A stretch of 64,000 nt of DNA, taken from positions 6,798 to 70,797 of the forward strand of contig JAJFJB010000268.1 of assembly GCA_021774435.1 (NCBI GenBank). The letters run 5' to 3'. Within the stretch, counting starts at the first letter, position 1; each line of letters opens with the position of its first letter. The notes under the pieces are model-generated. The model was given only the letters and a program-made list of their open reading frames with translations, had not been told where the DNA came from and did not search any database. A program made the translations under genes and the position numbers. The DNA comes from Alphaproteobacteria bacterium. GTDB lineage: Bacteria > Pseudomonadota > Alphaproteobacteria > UBA8366 > GCA-2717185. Below, piece by piece: positions 54,614 to 64,000 of the stretch.

Positions 54614-55735
54614 TCAAGCGGCATCGACTGATTGCCTGCCTGTGCGATCTCGTAACGTTACGAGTGTAACAACCAGCCGTTCTATTTCTTCCATCGTATT
54701 TTCTTCGCCAAGACTTACGCGAATTGCACAGCCAGCCAACGGATCCGGGACGGCCATCGCCTTCAAAACATGGCTTGGCGTTACCTTTCCGGAAGAGCAG
54801 GCGGAACCGGCACTTACAGCCAGCCCGGCTAGATCAAGCGCCATGACTTGCGTTTCGGAGCGTAATCCGGGGATCGCAAAGCAGCTTGTGTTTGGCAAAC
54901 GATCCACCTTTTCGCTGAAAATGGAAACATCTGGTATGGCTTTTCGCAGACAGTCTTCCATCCCGTCGCGGAGCGCACCAACCGCGGCCATATTGTAAAG
55001 ATTTTCTCGCGCCAGCCGTGCCGCGATACCAAAACCCACAATTCCGGCCATGTTTTCGGTTCCTGCGCGCCGGCCTCGTTCCTGCCCGCCACCTCTGATT
55101 TGCGCGGAAAGTGGAAATTCTTCGCCCAAAATCAAGGCACCGACACCTTGCGGCCCTCCGATCTTATGAGCGGATAGTGAGATCATGGCCACACCGAGAC
55201 GCGCGATATCAATTTCAATTCGCCCTGCCGCCTGAACGGTATCGGAATGAACAAGGGCGCCTTGCTGCACGGCTGATTTGGCGATTTCAGCAACAGGCTG
55301 AATAACACCCGTTTCGTTGTTGGCGAGCATTACCGACACCAGCACGGATTTGGGATCCGCCTCCAGCGTTTTGGCTAATTGAACGGTATCAACGACACCT
55401 TGTGAGTCCACCGTCAGACGGCCGGCATTGTCGTCGCCGCGCAGGACGGAATCATGCTCGACTGACGAGGTTATTATGGTTGACCGCCCGCAGGCCTTGA
55501 TCGCCAAATTGTTCGCTTCCGTGCCGCCGCTGGTAAAAATGACTCGATCCGCCGCTGCACCGACAAGCATGGCAACTTCTCGCCGTGCGTCCTCTATATG
55601 CTGACGATGTAGCCGTCCGAAGCCATGAACCGAAGAGGCATTCCCTGGGAACTGCATCATTTCAGCGATAGCCGTCGCGACCTCGCGGCGCATCGGGGAC
55701 GACGCGTTATGATCAAGATAGGCCGGCGTGGTCAT
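54614..55735 (-). CDS. Cysteine desulfurase, class V aminotransferase (NifS/IscS-like)
   Basis: [40 protein letters not shown] (PLP Lys) and SAGSACSSG (nucleophile Cys). Confidence 0.9.
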   Translation of the reverse strand: MTTPAYLDHNASSPMRREVATAIAEMMQFPGNASSVHGFGRLHRQHIEDARREVAMLVGAAADRVIFTSGGTEANNLAIKACGRSTIITSSVEHDSVLRGDDNAGRLTVDSQGVVDTVQLAKTLEADPKSVLVSVMLANNETGVIQPVAEIAKSAVQQGALVHSDTVQAAGRIEIDIARLGVAMISLSAHKIGGPQGVGALILGEEFPLSAQIRGGGQERGRRAGTENMAGIVGFGIAARLARENLYNMAAVGALRDGMEDCLRKAIPDVSIFSEKVDRLPNTSCFAIPGLRSETQVMALDLAGLAVSAGSACSSGKVTPSHVLKAMAVPDPLAGCAIRVSLGEENTMEEIERLVVTLVTLRDRTGRQSVDAA

Positions 55736-55775
55736 CTGCGCGGCATCTCCCGTCAGCTGATCTGTTGAACTATGT

Positions 55776-56243
55776 TTAATGCGCCTCTACGGAAGGCATT
55801 TGCTCACGATGCAAGAGCCCGCTCGTACCCAAAACACGCCGCTCGCAAACGTCTGCAATCGATACGGAACTGAGGAACAAATGTATCTGATTGCTGAGTT
55901 CTTCCCACAAATCATGTGTAATGCAACGGCCAGATGTACCCGTGCAGCCTTGCGGCGAACCTGGACTGCAGCGCGTCGCCCGAATCGGTTCATCGACAGC
56001 GAGTATTATATCCGAGATGCGCGTGTCTTCGGCGCACCGCGCAAGAAGATAGCCCCCTCCAGGCCCCCGCACGCTCGTAACTTGCCCGCCCCGCCGAAGC
56101 TTTGCGAACAATTGTTCCAAGTAAGACAGTGAGATCTCCTGCCGCGTCGCGATATCCGCAAGCGCGACCGGCTTTCCCTTGCAATGCATGGCTAGATCGA
56201 CCATTGCCATGACAGCATAGCGTCCTTTTGTACTCAATCGCAC
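55776..56243 (-). CDS. iscR: Rrf2-family transcriptional regulator, IscR-like
   Basis: A GTG start preceded by GGAAGGAA gives (M)RLSTKGRYAVMAMVDLA...ISLSYLEQLFAKLRRGG.VTSVRGPGGGY, plus three Cys (RCSPGSPQGCTGTSGRC). The track extension to 56507 overlaps cysE. Confidence 0.85.
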   Translation of the reverse strand: MRLSTKGRYAVMAMVDLAMHCKGKPVALADIATRQEISLSYLEQLFAKLRRGGQVTSVRGPGGGYLLARCAEDTRISDIILAVDEPIRATRCSPGSPQGCTGTSGRCITHDLWEELSNQIHLFLSSVSIADVCERRVLGTSGLLHREQMPSVEAH

Positions 56244-56310
56244 CTTAACTTCCTTCCAATTTCCCCTAGGCCGAACGCAATGCGCTGGCAGTTGGCTCCG
56301 AAGCCATCCC

Positions 56311-57063
56311 CTACTTTTCGCTCGGTGGTGCTGAGTTCTTGTTCTCTTCTTCGAAACTGATTGCGCCGCCCGACGCCAGATAAGCCGCTTCCCGGCTTTC
56401 CAGTTCTTCGACGCGCGCCTTAAGCAGCGTGACCTGATCCATAAGACCGTCCAAAGCCCGAACGACGGGATCCGGCACATCGCCCATCGGCGTGCCATAG
56501 GGTGCAAACTTTCCTGCGTCTTCAGCGGATGACCGGACTACGGCCCGGCCCGGAATACCAACCACGGTCGCGGCATTCTGGACATCCTTTGTTACCACGG
56601 AGTTCGCCCCAACGCGCGCGCCCTTGCCAACCGTAATCGGTCCAAGAATTTGCGCGCCGGACCCAACGATGACACCGTCTTCAAGCGTCGGATGCCGCTT
56701 TTGATCACGTTGGCTCGCGGAATCGACCGCCGGCGAGACGCCGCCCAGCGTAACATCGTGGTAGAGCGTCACATCATCGCCGATTTCAGCCGTTTCTCCA
56801 ACGACGACACCCATGCCGTGATCCACAAAAAAGCGCTTCCCAATGCGCGCGCCTGGATGAATTTCGATGCCGGTAAGGAAACGCCCAAGCTGAGAAATCG
56901 CGCGTCCGAGCACCCGCCATCCATGACGCCACAGCCAACTCGATAGACGATGCGTTGTGATTGCGTGAAATCCGGGATAGCAAAGAATGACCTCGAAAGA
57001 CGACCGCGCCGCCGGGTCACGCGCCTTTATCCCTTGAATTTCTTCGCGAATAGTATTGAACAT
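56311..57063 (-). CDS. cysE: Serine O-acetyltransferase
   Basis: [20 protein letters not shown] and [36 protein letters not shown] (hexapeptide repeats). Confidence 0.9.
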   Translation of the reverse strand: MFNTIREEIQGIKARDPAARSSFEVILCYPGFHAITTHRLSSWLWRHGWRVLGRAISQLGRFLTGIEIHPGARIGKRFFVDHGMGVVVGETAEIGDDVTLYHDVTLGGVSPAVDSASQRDQKRHPTLEDGVIVGSGAQILGPITVGKGARVGANSVVTKDVQNAATVVGIPGRAVVRSSAEDAGKFAPYGTPMGDVPDPVVRALDGLMDQVTLLKARVEELESREAAYLASGGAISFEEENKNSAPPSEK

Positions 57064-57261
57064 CGCTCACCATGCTTATGTTATAAGCAGTCGCCGCTTT
57101 TTTAGGATATAAGTGCCGGACTCAGACAGTCAAGCTTATGTGGAACTGTTTATCCTTGCCAAACAATAGGTTGGCAAGCGAAAACGTTAATTTAATCGAG
57201 GCAATACAATTTGTGGCGCCGCCAAATAGTACCTTGAATACAGAATTCAGCCGGAGAACTC

Positions 57262-57909
57262 ATGCCAGAAGTCACCATTAATGGCCCAGAAGGGCGCATC
57301 GAAGGCCGTTATTTTCACTCGAAAACGCCCAACGCGCCAATCGCCTTGTTCTTGCACCCCCATCCACAGCATGGGGGCACAATGAACAATAAGGTCGTCT
57401 ATTCGCTTTATCACGCCTTTGCACAGCGTGGATTTTCATGTCTTCGCTTCAATTTTCGCGGTGTTGGCCGCTCGCAAGGCACCTTTTCACGCGGTGAAGG
57501 CGAAATGTCAGATGCTGCTTCTGCCCTGGATTGGCTTCAAGGCAACAACGCCGATGCGCCGCAATGCTGGATTGCCGGATTCTCTTTCGGTGCTTGGATC
57601 GGCATGCAATTGCTAATGCGGCGACCGGAGATTAGCGGCTTCATTTCCGTCGCACCGCCCGCCAATATGTATGACTTTTCCTTCCTGGCGCCCTGCCCGG
57701 CATCTGGATTAATCATACAAGGTGATAAGGATGAGATTGTGCCGCCCGACTCGGTCGACAAACTGATCGACAAACTGCGTCAACAAAAGGGCGTAACAAT
57801 TGATCATCGAATGGTACCGGGAACCAATCATTTTTTCCACGGCGCGATGGAAACGCTAGTCGATCACGTTGGCGACTATATCGACACCGCGACGGCTGAA
57901 AAGGCATAA
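57262..57909 (+). CDS. Alpha/beta hydrolase (COG2945-type, conserved uncharacterised)
   Basis: LHPHPQHGGTMNNKVV, FNFRGVGRSQG, the nucleophile elbow GFSFGA and a C-terminal HFF. Confidence 0.7.
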   Translation: MPEVTINGPEGRIEGRYFHSKTPNAPIALFLHPHPQHGGTMNNKVVYSLYHAFAQRGFSCLRFNFRGVGRSQGTFSRGEGEMSDAASALDWLQGNNADAPQCWIAGFSFGAWIGMQLLMRRPEISGFISVAPPANMYDFSFLAPCPASGLIIQGDKDEIVPPDSVDKLIDKLRQQKGVTIDHRMVPGTNHFFHGAMETLVDHVGDYIDTATAEKA

Positions 57910-57930
57910 ACGCAAAGATGTTTATGTGAC

Positions 57931-59025
57931 TTAGAGAAGCGCTGCGTCAAACTCGCCGCCCGTCAATGGGCGCGGCGCACCTGTCGTCGCAGGAAATGTA
58001 AGTGGAAGGCCCTGCCGGGATCGAACGGCTAGGTAAGCAAATGCTTGTGCCTCAAGCGCATCACCATCCCATCCAGCTGCCTCGACGGGCTCGACAGATA
58101 CGGTCAATGCGTCCCGAAGCCGGCGCATTAAATGGCTATTTTGTCGTCCGCCACCGCATACAAGCCATCGCTCGACCGGCATCGGAAAATGTTGCGCGGC
58201 CCGTGCAACCGATCGAGCCGTGAAGGCCACCAGCGTCGCAGCACCGTCTTCAAGTGACAGGCCCTCCAATGGCGCACTCGAAAACGCGTTGCGGTCCAGC
58301 GATTTCGGTGGTGCACGATCGAAATAGGAATTCTCCAGCAACTGACGGAGGATGTTGTCGTCGACCTTCCCGACGGCGGCTATTCTACCATCTTCGTCAT
58401 ACGCGGTTCCGGCATGCGCGAGGCACCAGTCATCAAGCAGCGCATTTCCAGGTCCGGTATCGAACGCCAATAATTCACCGTCGCGCCCAATCCAGGTGAC
58501 GTTCGCAACGCCACCGACATTCAGCACCGCCAGTGGTTTTTTCAGGTCGGAAGCAAGAGCTGCATGAAAAACCGGCGCCAAGGGTGCACCTTCACCGCCG
58601 GCAGCGACATCAGCCGCGCGAAAATCCGAGACAACGTCAATTTCGCTTGCGACCGCCAGCATGGTGCCGTCTCCAATTTGCCAGGTAAGGCCCGCGTCCG
58701 GCCGATGCAACAAAGTCTGTCCGTGAAATCCGACGATTTTTACCATCTCAGGCAATAAGTCTTCTTGGCGCAGCAACGCCTCTATCGCGGCGGCATGTGC
58801 CAATGTCATGGCGCGCTCGACGGATTTTACATCGGGGATCAGTTCTGCCTGATCGATCGCCGCCCTCAGGGCAGAACGTAAGGCATCATCATACGGCATC
58901 GTCAGAGAACCGCGTGCTTCTAAAACCGAGCGTCCGTCCGTCCAAAGCAGTGCAGCATCGACCCCGTCGATGGACGTACCGCTCATCAAGCCAAGCGCGA
59001 GAACCGGATCCGACCATTCGCTCAT
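57931..59025 (-). CDS. anmK: Anhydro-N-acetylmuramic acid kinase
   Basis: LGLMSGTSIDGVDAAL, GFHGQT..H, NVGGVANVT and FDTGPGN are AnmK blocks. Confidence 0.9.
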   Translation of the reverse strand: MSEWSDPVLALGLMSGTSIDGVDAALLWTDGRSVLEARGSLTMPYDDALRSALRAAIDQAELIPDVKSVERAMTLAHAAAIEALLRQEDLLPEMVKIVGFHGQTLLHRPDAGLTWQIGDGTMLAVASEIDVVSDFRAADVAAGGEGAPLAPVFHAALASDLKKPLAVLNVGGVANVTWIGRDGELLAFDTGPGNALLDDWCLAHAGTAYDEDGRIAAVGKVDDNILRQLLENSYFDRAPPKSLDRNAFSSAPLEGLSLEDGAATLVAFTARSVARAAQHFPMPVERWLVCGGGRQNSHLMRRLRDALTVSVEPVEAAGWDGDALEAQAFAYLAVRSRQGLPLTFPATTGAPRPLTGGEFDAALL

Positions 59026-59118
59026 GATCTCTCCCGTCCCTTACGCATCATGATTGTCCACATTCGAGGATTGTGATAAACGACCGCGGCCCAGGCAAGT
59101 GCCCTTAGGATAAATCGA

Positions 59119-60372
59119 ATGTCAGAACCAAAATCCGAATTTCTACAAGCCGCCACCGCACGCGGGTTCGTGCATCAATGTACCGATTTGGAAGCCCTCG
59201 ACGAATTGGCGTCACGCGATACGATTACGGCCTATATTGGCTTCGACGCAACGGCTGATTCGCTCCATGCCGGCAATCTTTTGCCAATCATGCTGTTGCG
59301 TCTCCTTCAGCGTACGGGTCATCGGCCTTTGGTTCTGATGGGCGGAGGCACGACAAAAGTCGGGGACCCGTCCGGAAAGGATACACAGCGCCAGCTTCTA
59401 AGCGTGGAAGACATCAATGCCAACATTGCAGGCATCAAGGGTGTCTTCGAGAAATTCCTGACCTTTGGGGAGGGATCAACTGACGCCTTTCTCGTAAACA
59501 ACGCCGACTGGCTCGACGATCTGTCCTATATCGATTTTCTACGTGACTACGGTCGCCACTTCTCGGTCAATCGCATGCTTGGTTTCGATTCAGTCAAGCT
59601 GCGCCTGGAGCGCGAGCAGCCACTATCGTTTCTGGAATTCAACTATATGATCTTGCAATCCTATGATTTTCTGGAACTATCGCGCCGCCACGCCTGTCGG
59701 CTCCAAATGGGCGGTTCGGATCAGTGGGGCAATATCGTTAGCGGCGCAGATTTGGGACGGCGCCTCGGTCAGATCGATCTTTTCGGGCTCACCAGCCCCC
59801 TTCTGACGACGGCCAGCGGTGCGAAAATGGGAAAAACCGCAGACGGCGCGGTTTGGCTGAACAGCGAGCGGCTGTCCGCTTACGATTATTGGCAATATTG
59901 GCGCAATACACATGACGACGATGTCGGTAAATTTCTTAAACTGTTCACCGATTTGCCGCTTGATGAAATTGCAAGGCTTGAAGCGCTTGAAGGCGCTGAG
60001 CTAAACGCTGCAAAGAAGACGCTGGCACATGAGGCGACCAAGCTTTGCCATGGCGAAGCCGCTGCTTTAGCCGCAGCCGAAACCGCGCGCAAAACCTTTG
60101 AGGAAGGCGCGCACGATGCCGGCTTACCAAGTGTCGATGTCCCTCACGGCGAATTAGAGGACGGTATCCTGGCTTACGAACTGATGCGGCGTGCCGGCCT
60201 AGCTGCGAGCAACGGGGAAGCAAGACGGCTGATCAAGGGCGGCGGAGGCCGTATCAACGATGTTCAGATTAGCGATGAAAAAACGGTTGTTACACTGCCA
60301 GATGTGAACGCCGACGGCGTCATTAAACTTTCCGCCGGGCGCAAACGTCATGCGCTTGTTCGCCCCGGCTAA
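59119..60372 (+). CDS. tyrS: Tyrosine--tRNA ligase
   Basis: A class I HIGH variant ([12 protein letters not shown]) and a KMSKS variant (KMGKT), followed by a C-terminal S4-like domain. 417 aa. Confidence 0.92.
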   Translation: MSEPKSEFLQAATARGFVHQCTDLEALDELASRDTITAYIGFDATADSLHAGNLLPIMLLRLLQRTGHRPLVLMGGGTTKVGDPSGKDTQRQLLSVEDINANIAGIKGVFEKFLTFGEGSTDAFLVNNADWLDDLSYIDFLRDYGRHFSVNRMLGFDSVKLRLEREQPLSFLEFNYMILQSYDFLELSRRHACRLQMGGSDQWGNIVSGADLGRRLGQIDLFGLTSPLLTTASGAKMGKTADGAVWLNSERLSAYDYWQYWRNTHDDDVGKFLKLFTDLPLDEIARLEALEGAELNAAKKTLAHEATKLCHGEAAALAAAETARKTFEEGAHDAGLPSVDVPHGELEDGILAYELMRRAGLAASNGEARRLIKGGGGRINDVQISDEKTVVTLPDVNADGVIKLSAGRKRHALVRPG

Positions 60373-60385
60373 GGTATCAAAAACC

Positions 60386-63300
60386 CTATTGCGAGGGGGT
60401 CAACGCATCCTCGCCGGTCAGTGGCTTGGCCTGCCCACCAATCAGATTGCGCAGAAAGCCCGGTGCGAACGCCGATAGCGGATTAACCGTAACGTTCGGG
60501 TTTTCGAGCCTGCCCTTTACGACATAATTCGCGGCGAACAATCCTTCATTCTTACCACCTGTCAGCCATTTTCCGACGATCGGGATGTTTCCAAGCGCAC
60601 TATTCAGAGTATAGGCGGGAACAACCGTACCGGTTAAATCAGCCGTTTCTTCGCCAATATATACTGTGCCTTCCGCGGTGATTCCGATCGAAGAGCCAAG
60701 TGCACGTGCATTCTTTATTTCCAGCGCACCACCGTAATACCGAAAGCTGCCATCAAGCGTTACGAAGTCCAGCCCCTCCTGGCTTAGTGCGGAAAATATG
60801 CCCGTCAATGAAAGCACCTGCAGGACACGCGCCAAAGCGGGCGCATCGGTCACATTGAATTCTTTGACTTTGAACTCACCGATTATCGGCGCGCCCGGCG
60901 CGGTTTGCACTCCCGTCACACGAAGAACGCCCCCCTTTAATCGGCCTGTCCAGTTGGCCGCCTGCAGCGCAAGTCCCGCATCGGAAGTTGAAATCAAAAG
61001 CGTTGCGCCGTCACCTTTCGGAACGAATTGAACCGACAATCGGATATTCTCGTCGACCCCCGCATCAATACTAATTTGCCGCCATCTCGAACCGTCACTT
61101 CTCAGCGCGGACTTGACGTCTTTCAACCACCGGCCGTCCCCAAGCAAGACCTCGTCAAAACGCGCCCGAATTCTTAGCGGCTCATTCTGCTCCAACGCAG
61201 GAGCGTCCACTTCATCACCGCCATTCAGAAATGGCGCGATGTCAATCCGCTCTCCTGTCAGGTCGACGTCCAGACCATCATCCGCCGCAACTAGGACACG
61301 CCCTTGCATCTTGTTGCCCGAAAATTCCAAATTTCGAAATTCGAACAAACGGATATCCTCTAAATTGTCTGCCAACTCGACACGTGCCGAAAGCCGCAGA
61401 TCAGCAGCCTCGAGCCTCAAATCTTCCACAACCGTCGCACCGTCCGGAGACGTCCTCGCAAACAGATACACGTTGCCGGGAACATTGCTTGGCTTACGCC
61501 AGCGAATGAGAGGAATATCAAGCGTTGCCGCCAGTAGATCGATCTTTGAAACGGTTTCGCTGCGGCCGCCGGGGAATACGGTATAGGTGACCTCTCCTGA
61601 AATATCACCACCAACATTCGGCACTTTATCGAGCCGTAATTTTCTGCGTTGTTCCGAATTCAGGATGCCACTTAGCGTGAAACGCCGTTCAAAAGTCTCG
61701 GTTCCGGAAAAATTCTCTTGCCATGCCAGTTTAACAGGCGCGCTGTTCAACGCCGCATCGCCCGACACTGTCATGCCTGCGCCGGTTAATTGCAGCTCAA
61801 GCGCGGCATCGCTCAACGCAATCCCATACGGGCCGTTTTTCATCGCAACGTTGCGCAACGTCGCTCCGGCGGCAACAGCAACCTGCTCGACTTTCAGTGT
61901 TTTCAGCAAGGGAAAATCGAAAACGAGCCGAGCCGCTGCTTCACCTGAAATAGAGGTGGCATCAATTCCGAGGTCCGAAACGAAACGGAGCGGCTCGCTG
62001 TCCAGAATGGAAAGCGCAGACACCAGGGGTCCCCTGACGATCAAGTCGATCGAAATATCCTGATCTTCTCCTGCGAGCCCAGTAATCACGACGCTACCTT
62101 CGTCAACAAGCAGTTCCTGAATGCGCCCATCGCTGACCGCAATATCGAACCGATTATCCGTAAAAGTCATATCGGCATCGACACCGCGAACGGGCGTTAA
62201 GGGCGGAAAATAATCGACTTCAACGTCTCGGAGTCGAATGGTGCCGTTTAGCGACTCAATTTCTACATTTTGTACTTCGCCATCGGGGAAACGGGCAACC
62301 ACACTCATGTTGGCTTCTTCGACACGACCTTTCCGAATATGGCTCAAGACCCAATCGCGCGCGTCTTTTGCCAAATCCGGTGGCCAATAGCGCGGAAGCA
62401 GCGGCGCAGAAATATGGGACACGCTGCCATCCAAGCGCAAGTTCATATCACCACCAACTTTTGTCAGCGTGGCACGAGCCTTTACCTCGCCTTCTTCCAG
62501 GGTTATCACCGCTTCTTCAATTCGAATTTGCCGGAGATTATCTGCGACTTCCCCTAGCAATCGCGTACCTTTAACGGGCAGAGGCTGGGAATAAATTTGC
62601 GGTAACGCCACAACGCCCGGACCACTGTGCAAGTCAAACACGAGCGACTGAACAGTGCCATCTGTCGCGCCAGACAGCGTAAATCGCCCATCAATTGGAA
62701 CATCTATGCTGGCGAATTCCGCCAAATCCGGGACGACGGCCGTTAAAACAGCTGGCCTTAACTGTGTAACGGCGAGTCCAGCAGAAACGCCATAACCATC
62801 TTCTCCAATGGCGACTTCGCCACTGACAGCACCCATATCACTACCAATCTCGAACCGAATTGCGCGAACCGCGCCATCGCTTTTCATTCGCAATCCCAGC
62901 GACCCTTCTAGATGCACCTTTAATTCAGCCAAATGCTGCGCACCGCTATAATCTAAACTGCGCAGTATCGGGGCAGGATCAAACCCAGAAAAATTCAATG
63001 TGGCGTCGATTGTCCCGGTTTCAGTGGCATAAACGGCATTACTCGTGACGCGGCTGGTTTTTCCTTCCAGCTCCAAATCAATATCGGCAATTGCACTCAT
63101 TCCGATATTATTGCGCTCTAGATCTATGTTCGCTCGGGGAGCATTCCAGACTCGCTTCAACATGCGATCATCAACGTACAGATCACCTTCGACGATACTA
63201 ACCCGTTTCAAATAACCCAATGGACGGGATACATCAGGTTCTGAGAGCAATTCGGCGATAAGCCTTTCCAGAACAATATTCTCTCGCTCAGCCTTTTGTC

Positions 63301-63733
63301 CGCTTTTATCAATCGTTTTCGACAAACCAATCGTAAAGCTTCCATCGTCATTGCGGATGGCGGAAACACTTGGGCGCAGAATTTCGAAATAAGTTGGTGC
63401 AATCCTGCCGCGCAGCATCGCGCGCAAAGAGAGGCCGAGCGTCACGTGAGGCAGTTCGGCTATAATTCGGCGTTCTATATCGAGAATCCGAACATCGCTA
63501 ACATGAAGATCCGCAGCGCGGTCCCACCCTGCCCACTGTAGTTCGGTCTGTTCGATCTCCACCACGATGGTACTGTCGTCCGGGGACAGCGCGTGTTCGA
63601 TATAGGGTGTGAGAAAGGTCAGCGGAACTGGCCCACTCGAAAGCCACCATGCACCGGCAAGGACCATGATGACACCGCCCGCGACCAAACCGGCGAGAAA
63701 TTCGAGAAATATGATGGATGTGCGCCGGATCAC
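60386..63733 (-). CDS. Giant AsmA/YhdP-like envelope protein (DUF3971-type N-region, AsmA-like C-terminus)
   Basis: 1115 aa. A single N-terminal TM segment (IIFLEFLAGLVAGGVIMVLAGAWW) is followed by a long beta-rich region. The C-terminal ...IPIVGKWLTGGKNEGLFAANYVVKG...NPNVTVNPLS is typical of the AsmA/TamB/YhdP family. GTG start. Confidence 0.7.
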   Translation of the reverse strand: MIRRTSIIFLEFLAGLVAGGVIMVLAGAWWLSSGPVPLTFLTPYIEHALSPDDSTIVVEIEQTELQWAGWDRAADLHVSDVRILDIERRIIAELPHVTLGLSLRAMLRGRIAPTYFEILRPSVSAIRNDDGSFTIGLSKTIDKSGQKAERENIVLERLIAELLSEPDVSRPLGYLKRVSIVEGDLYVDDRMLKRVWNAPRANIDLERNNIGMSAIADIDLELEGKTSRVTSNAVYATETGTIDATLNFSGFDPAPILRSLDYSGAQHLAELKVHLEGSLGLRMKSDGAVRAIRFEIGSDMGAVSGEVAIGEDGYGVSAGLAVTQLRPAVLTAVVPDLAEFASIDVPIDGRFTLSGATDGTVQSLVFDLHSGPGVVALPQIYSQPLPVKGTRLLGEVADNLRQIRIEEAVITLEEGEVKARATLTKVGGDMNLRLDGSVSHISAPLLPRYWPPDLAKDARDWVLSHIRKGRVEEANMSVVARFPDGEVQNVEIESLNGTIRLRDVEVDYFPPLTPVRGVDADMTFTDNRFDIAVSDGRIQELLVDEGSVVITGLAGEDQDISIDLIVRGPLVSALSILDSEPLRFVSDLGIDATSISGEAAARLVFDFPLLKTLKVEQVAVAAGATLRNVAMKNGPYGIALSDAALELQLTGAGMTVSGDAALNSAPVKLAWQENFSGTETFERRFTLSGILNSEQRRKLRLDKVPNVGGDISGEVTYTVFPGGRSETVSKIDLLAATLDIPLIRWRKPSNVPGNVYLFARTSPDGATVVEDLRLEAADLRLSARVELADNLEDIRLFEFRNLEFSGNKMQGRVLVAADDGLDVDLTGERIDIAPFLNGGDEVDAPALEQNEPLRIRARFDEVLLGDGRWLKDVKSALRSDGSRWRQISIDAGVDENIRLSVQFVPKGDGATLLISTSDAGLALQAANWTGRLKGGVLRVTGVQTAPGAPIIGEFKVKEFNVTDAPALARVLQVLSLTGIFSALSQEGLDFVTLDGSFRYYGGALEIKNARALGSSIGITAEGTVYIGEETADLTGTVVPAYTLNSALGNIPIVGKWLTGGKNEGLFAANYVVKGRLENPNVTVNPLSAFAPGFLRNLIGGQAKPLTGEDALTPSQ

Positions 63734-63829
63734 CTTGCACGCCGCCCCTTCTGTACATAAACCAATATAAACAGTTTAGGACATGTTCCTAGCAGTTCGC
63801 CGACCACCGTAATTTCGCAAAGCCAATCC

Positions 63830-64000
63830 ATGACTGGTTTGAAACTGTCTTTCGATCCAAATGCTCTGCCCAACGCGGGGCAGCCCGGCAGAGCAGAAAT
63901 CGGCATTGAGCGTCTATCCGATAGAGCCGCGGGAGATACGGGGCAATCTGCTTTCGTTGCAGAACTAATCAGTGATCCCGGCGGAAACAAGCTACTCCAT
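63830..64000 (+). CDS. glnE: 5' end of probable glutamine-synthetase adenylyltransferase (partial, runs off the window)
   Basis: ATG 63830 translates as MTGLKLSFDPNALPNAGQPGRAEIGIERLSDRAAG...FVAELISDPGGNKLLH and stays open to the window end. The pattern resembles alphaproteobacterial GlnE N-termini just before the conserved FGNSPFL block, which lies outside the window. Confidence 0.4.
   Translation, partial: MTGLKLSFDPNALPNAGQPGRAEIGIERLSDRAAGDTGQSAFVAELISDPGGNKLLH

Noticed and set aside
1-64000. Whole-window search for CRISPR arrays, IS elements or transposases, integrases, phage genes, toxin-antitoxin pairs and known defence-system hallmarks (nucleases, STAND/AAA+ NTPases, reverse transcriptases, methyltransferases)
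   Set aside because: I saw no spaced direct repeats, terminal inverted repeats or recombinase, RT or nuclease-like ORFs. Every large ORF is explained by metabolic, transport, Fe-S, translation or envelope functions.

Overview
The window holds about 62 protein-coding genes and one tRNA-Met. I found no rRNA, CRISPR array, IS element or transposase, integrase, or phage gene. It is densely coded, and the largest non-coding gap is about 350 nt. Gene content and order suggest a core-chromosome segment of an alphaproteobacterium. This is an inference from the divergent anmK/tyrS pair, an Rrf2-regulated sufBCDS operon, a ScfR/RamB-type regulator divergent from aceA, and a giant AsmA/YhdP-like protein next to glnE. 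In order, the main blocks are: (1) a CoA-transferase, a cNMP-binding/FHA-like protein, two tandem gamma-glutamyltranspeptidase paralogues and an MFS transporter; (2) aceA and its divergent regulator; (3) an unknown 485-aa protein with a PL6-like beta-helix protein; (4) prfC and a D-Cys desulfhydrase-family gene; (5) a more A/T-rich three-gene envelope module of OmpA-like lipoprotein, FecR-domain protein and CHASE2 histidine kinase; (6) acyl-CoA genes; (7) two small-molecule catabolic clusters rich in TauD/PhyH dioxygenases, SDRs and MFS transporters; (8) a cold-shock locus with rhlE, cspA and a small ORF; (9) a second csp gene with tRNA-Met; (10) mnmA; (11) a large Fe-S biogenesis cluster running cysE, iscR-like, cysteine desulfurase, fdx, tenA-like, sufR-like, sufBCDS, sufU, sufT, sufA; (12) anmK, tyrS, the AsmA-like giant and the start of glnE. 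I see no recognisable defence, toxin-antitoxin or mobile system and I do not claim a novel one. Four observations are worth follow-up: an in-frame TAA inside the HTH of the aceA-linked regulator; the orphan OmpA/FecR/CHASE2 signalling module; the unknown-protein/beta-helix pair; and the unassigned dioxygenase-rich catabolic clusters. Start codons were re-assessed by eye. The ORF track uses the longest ATG/GTG/TTG ORF, so many of its N-termini are over-extended.
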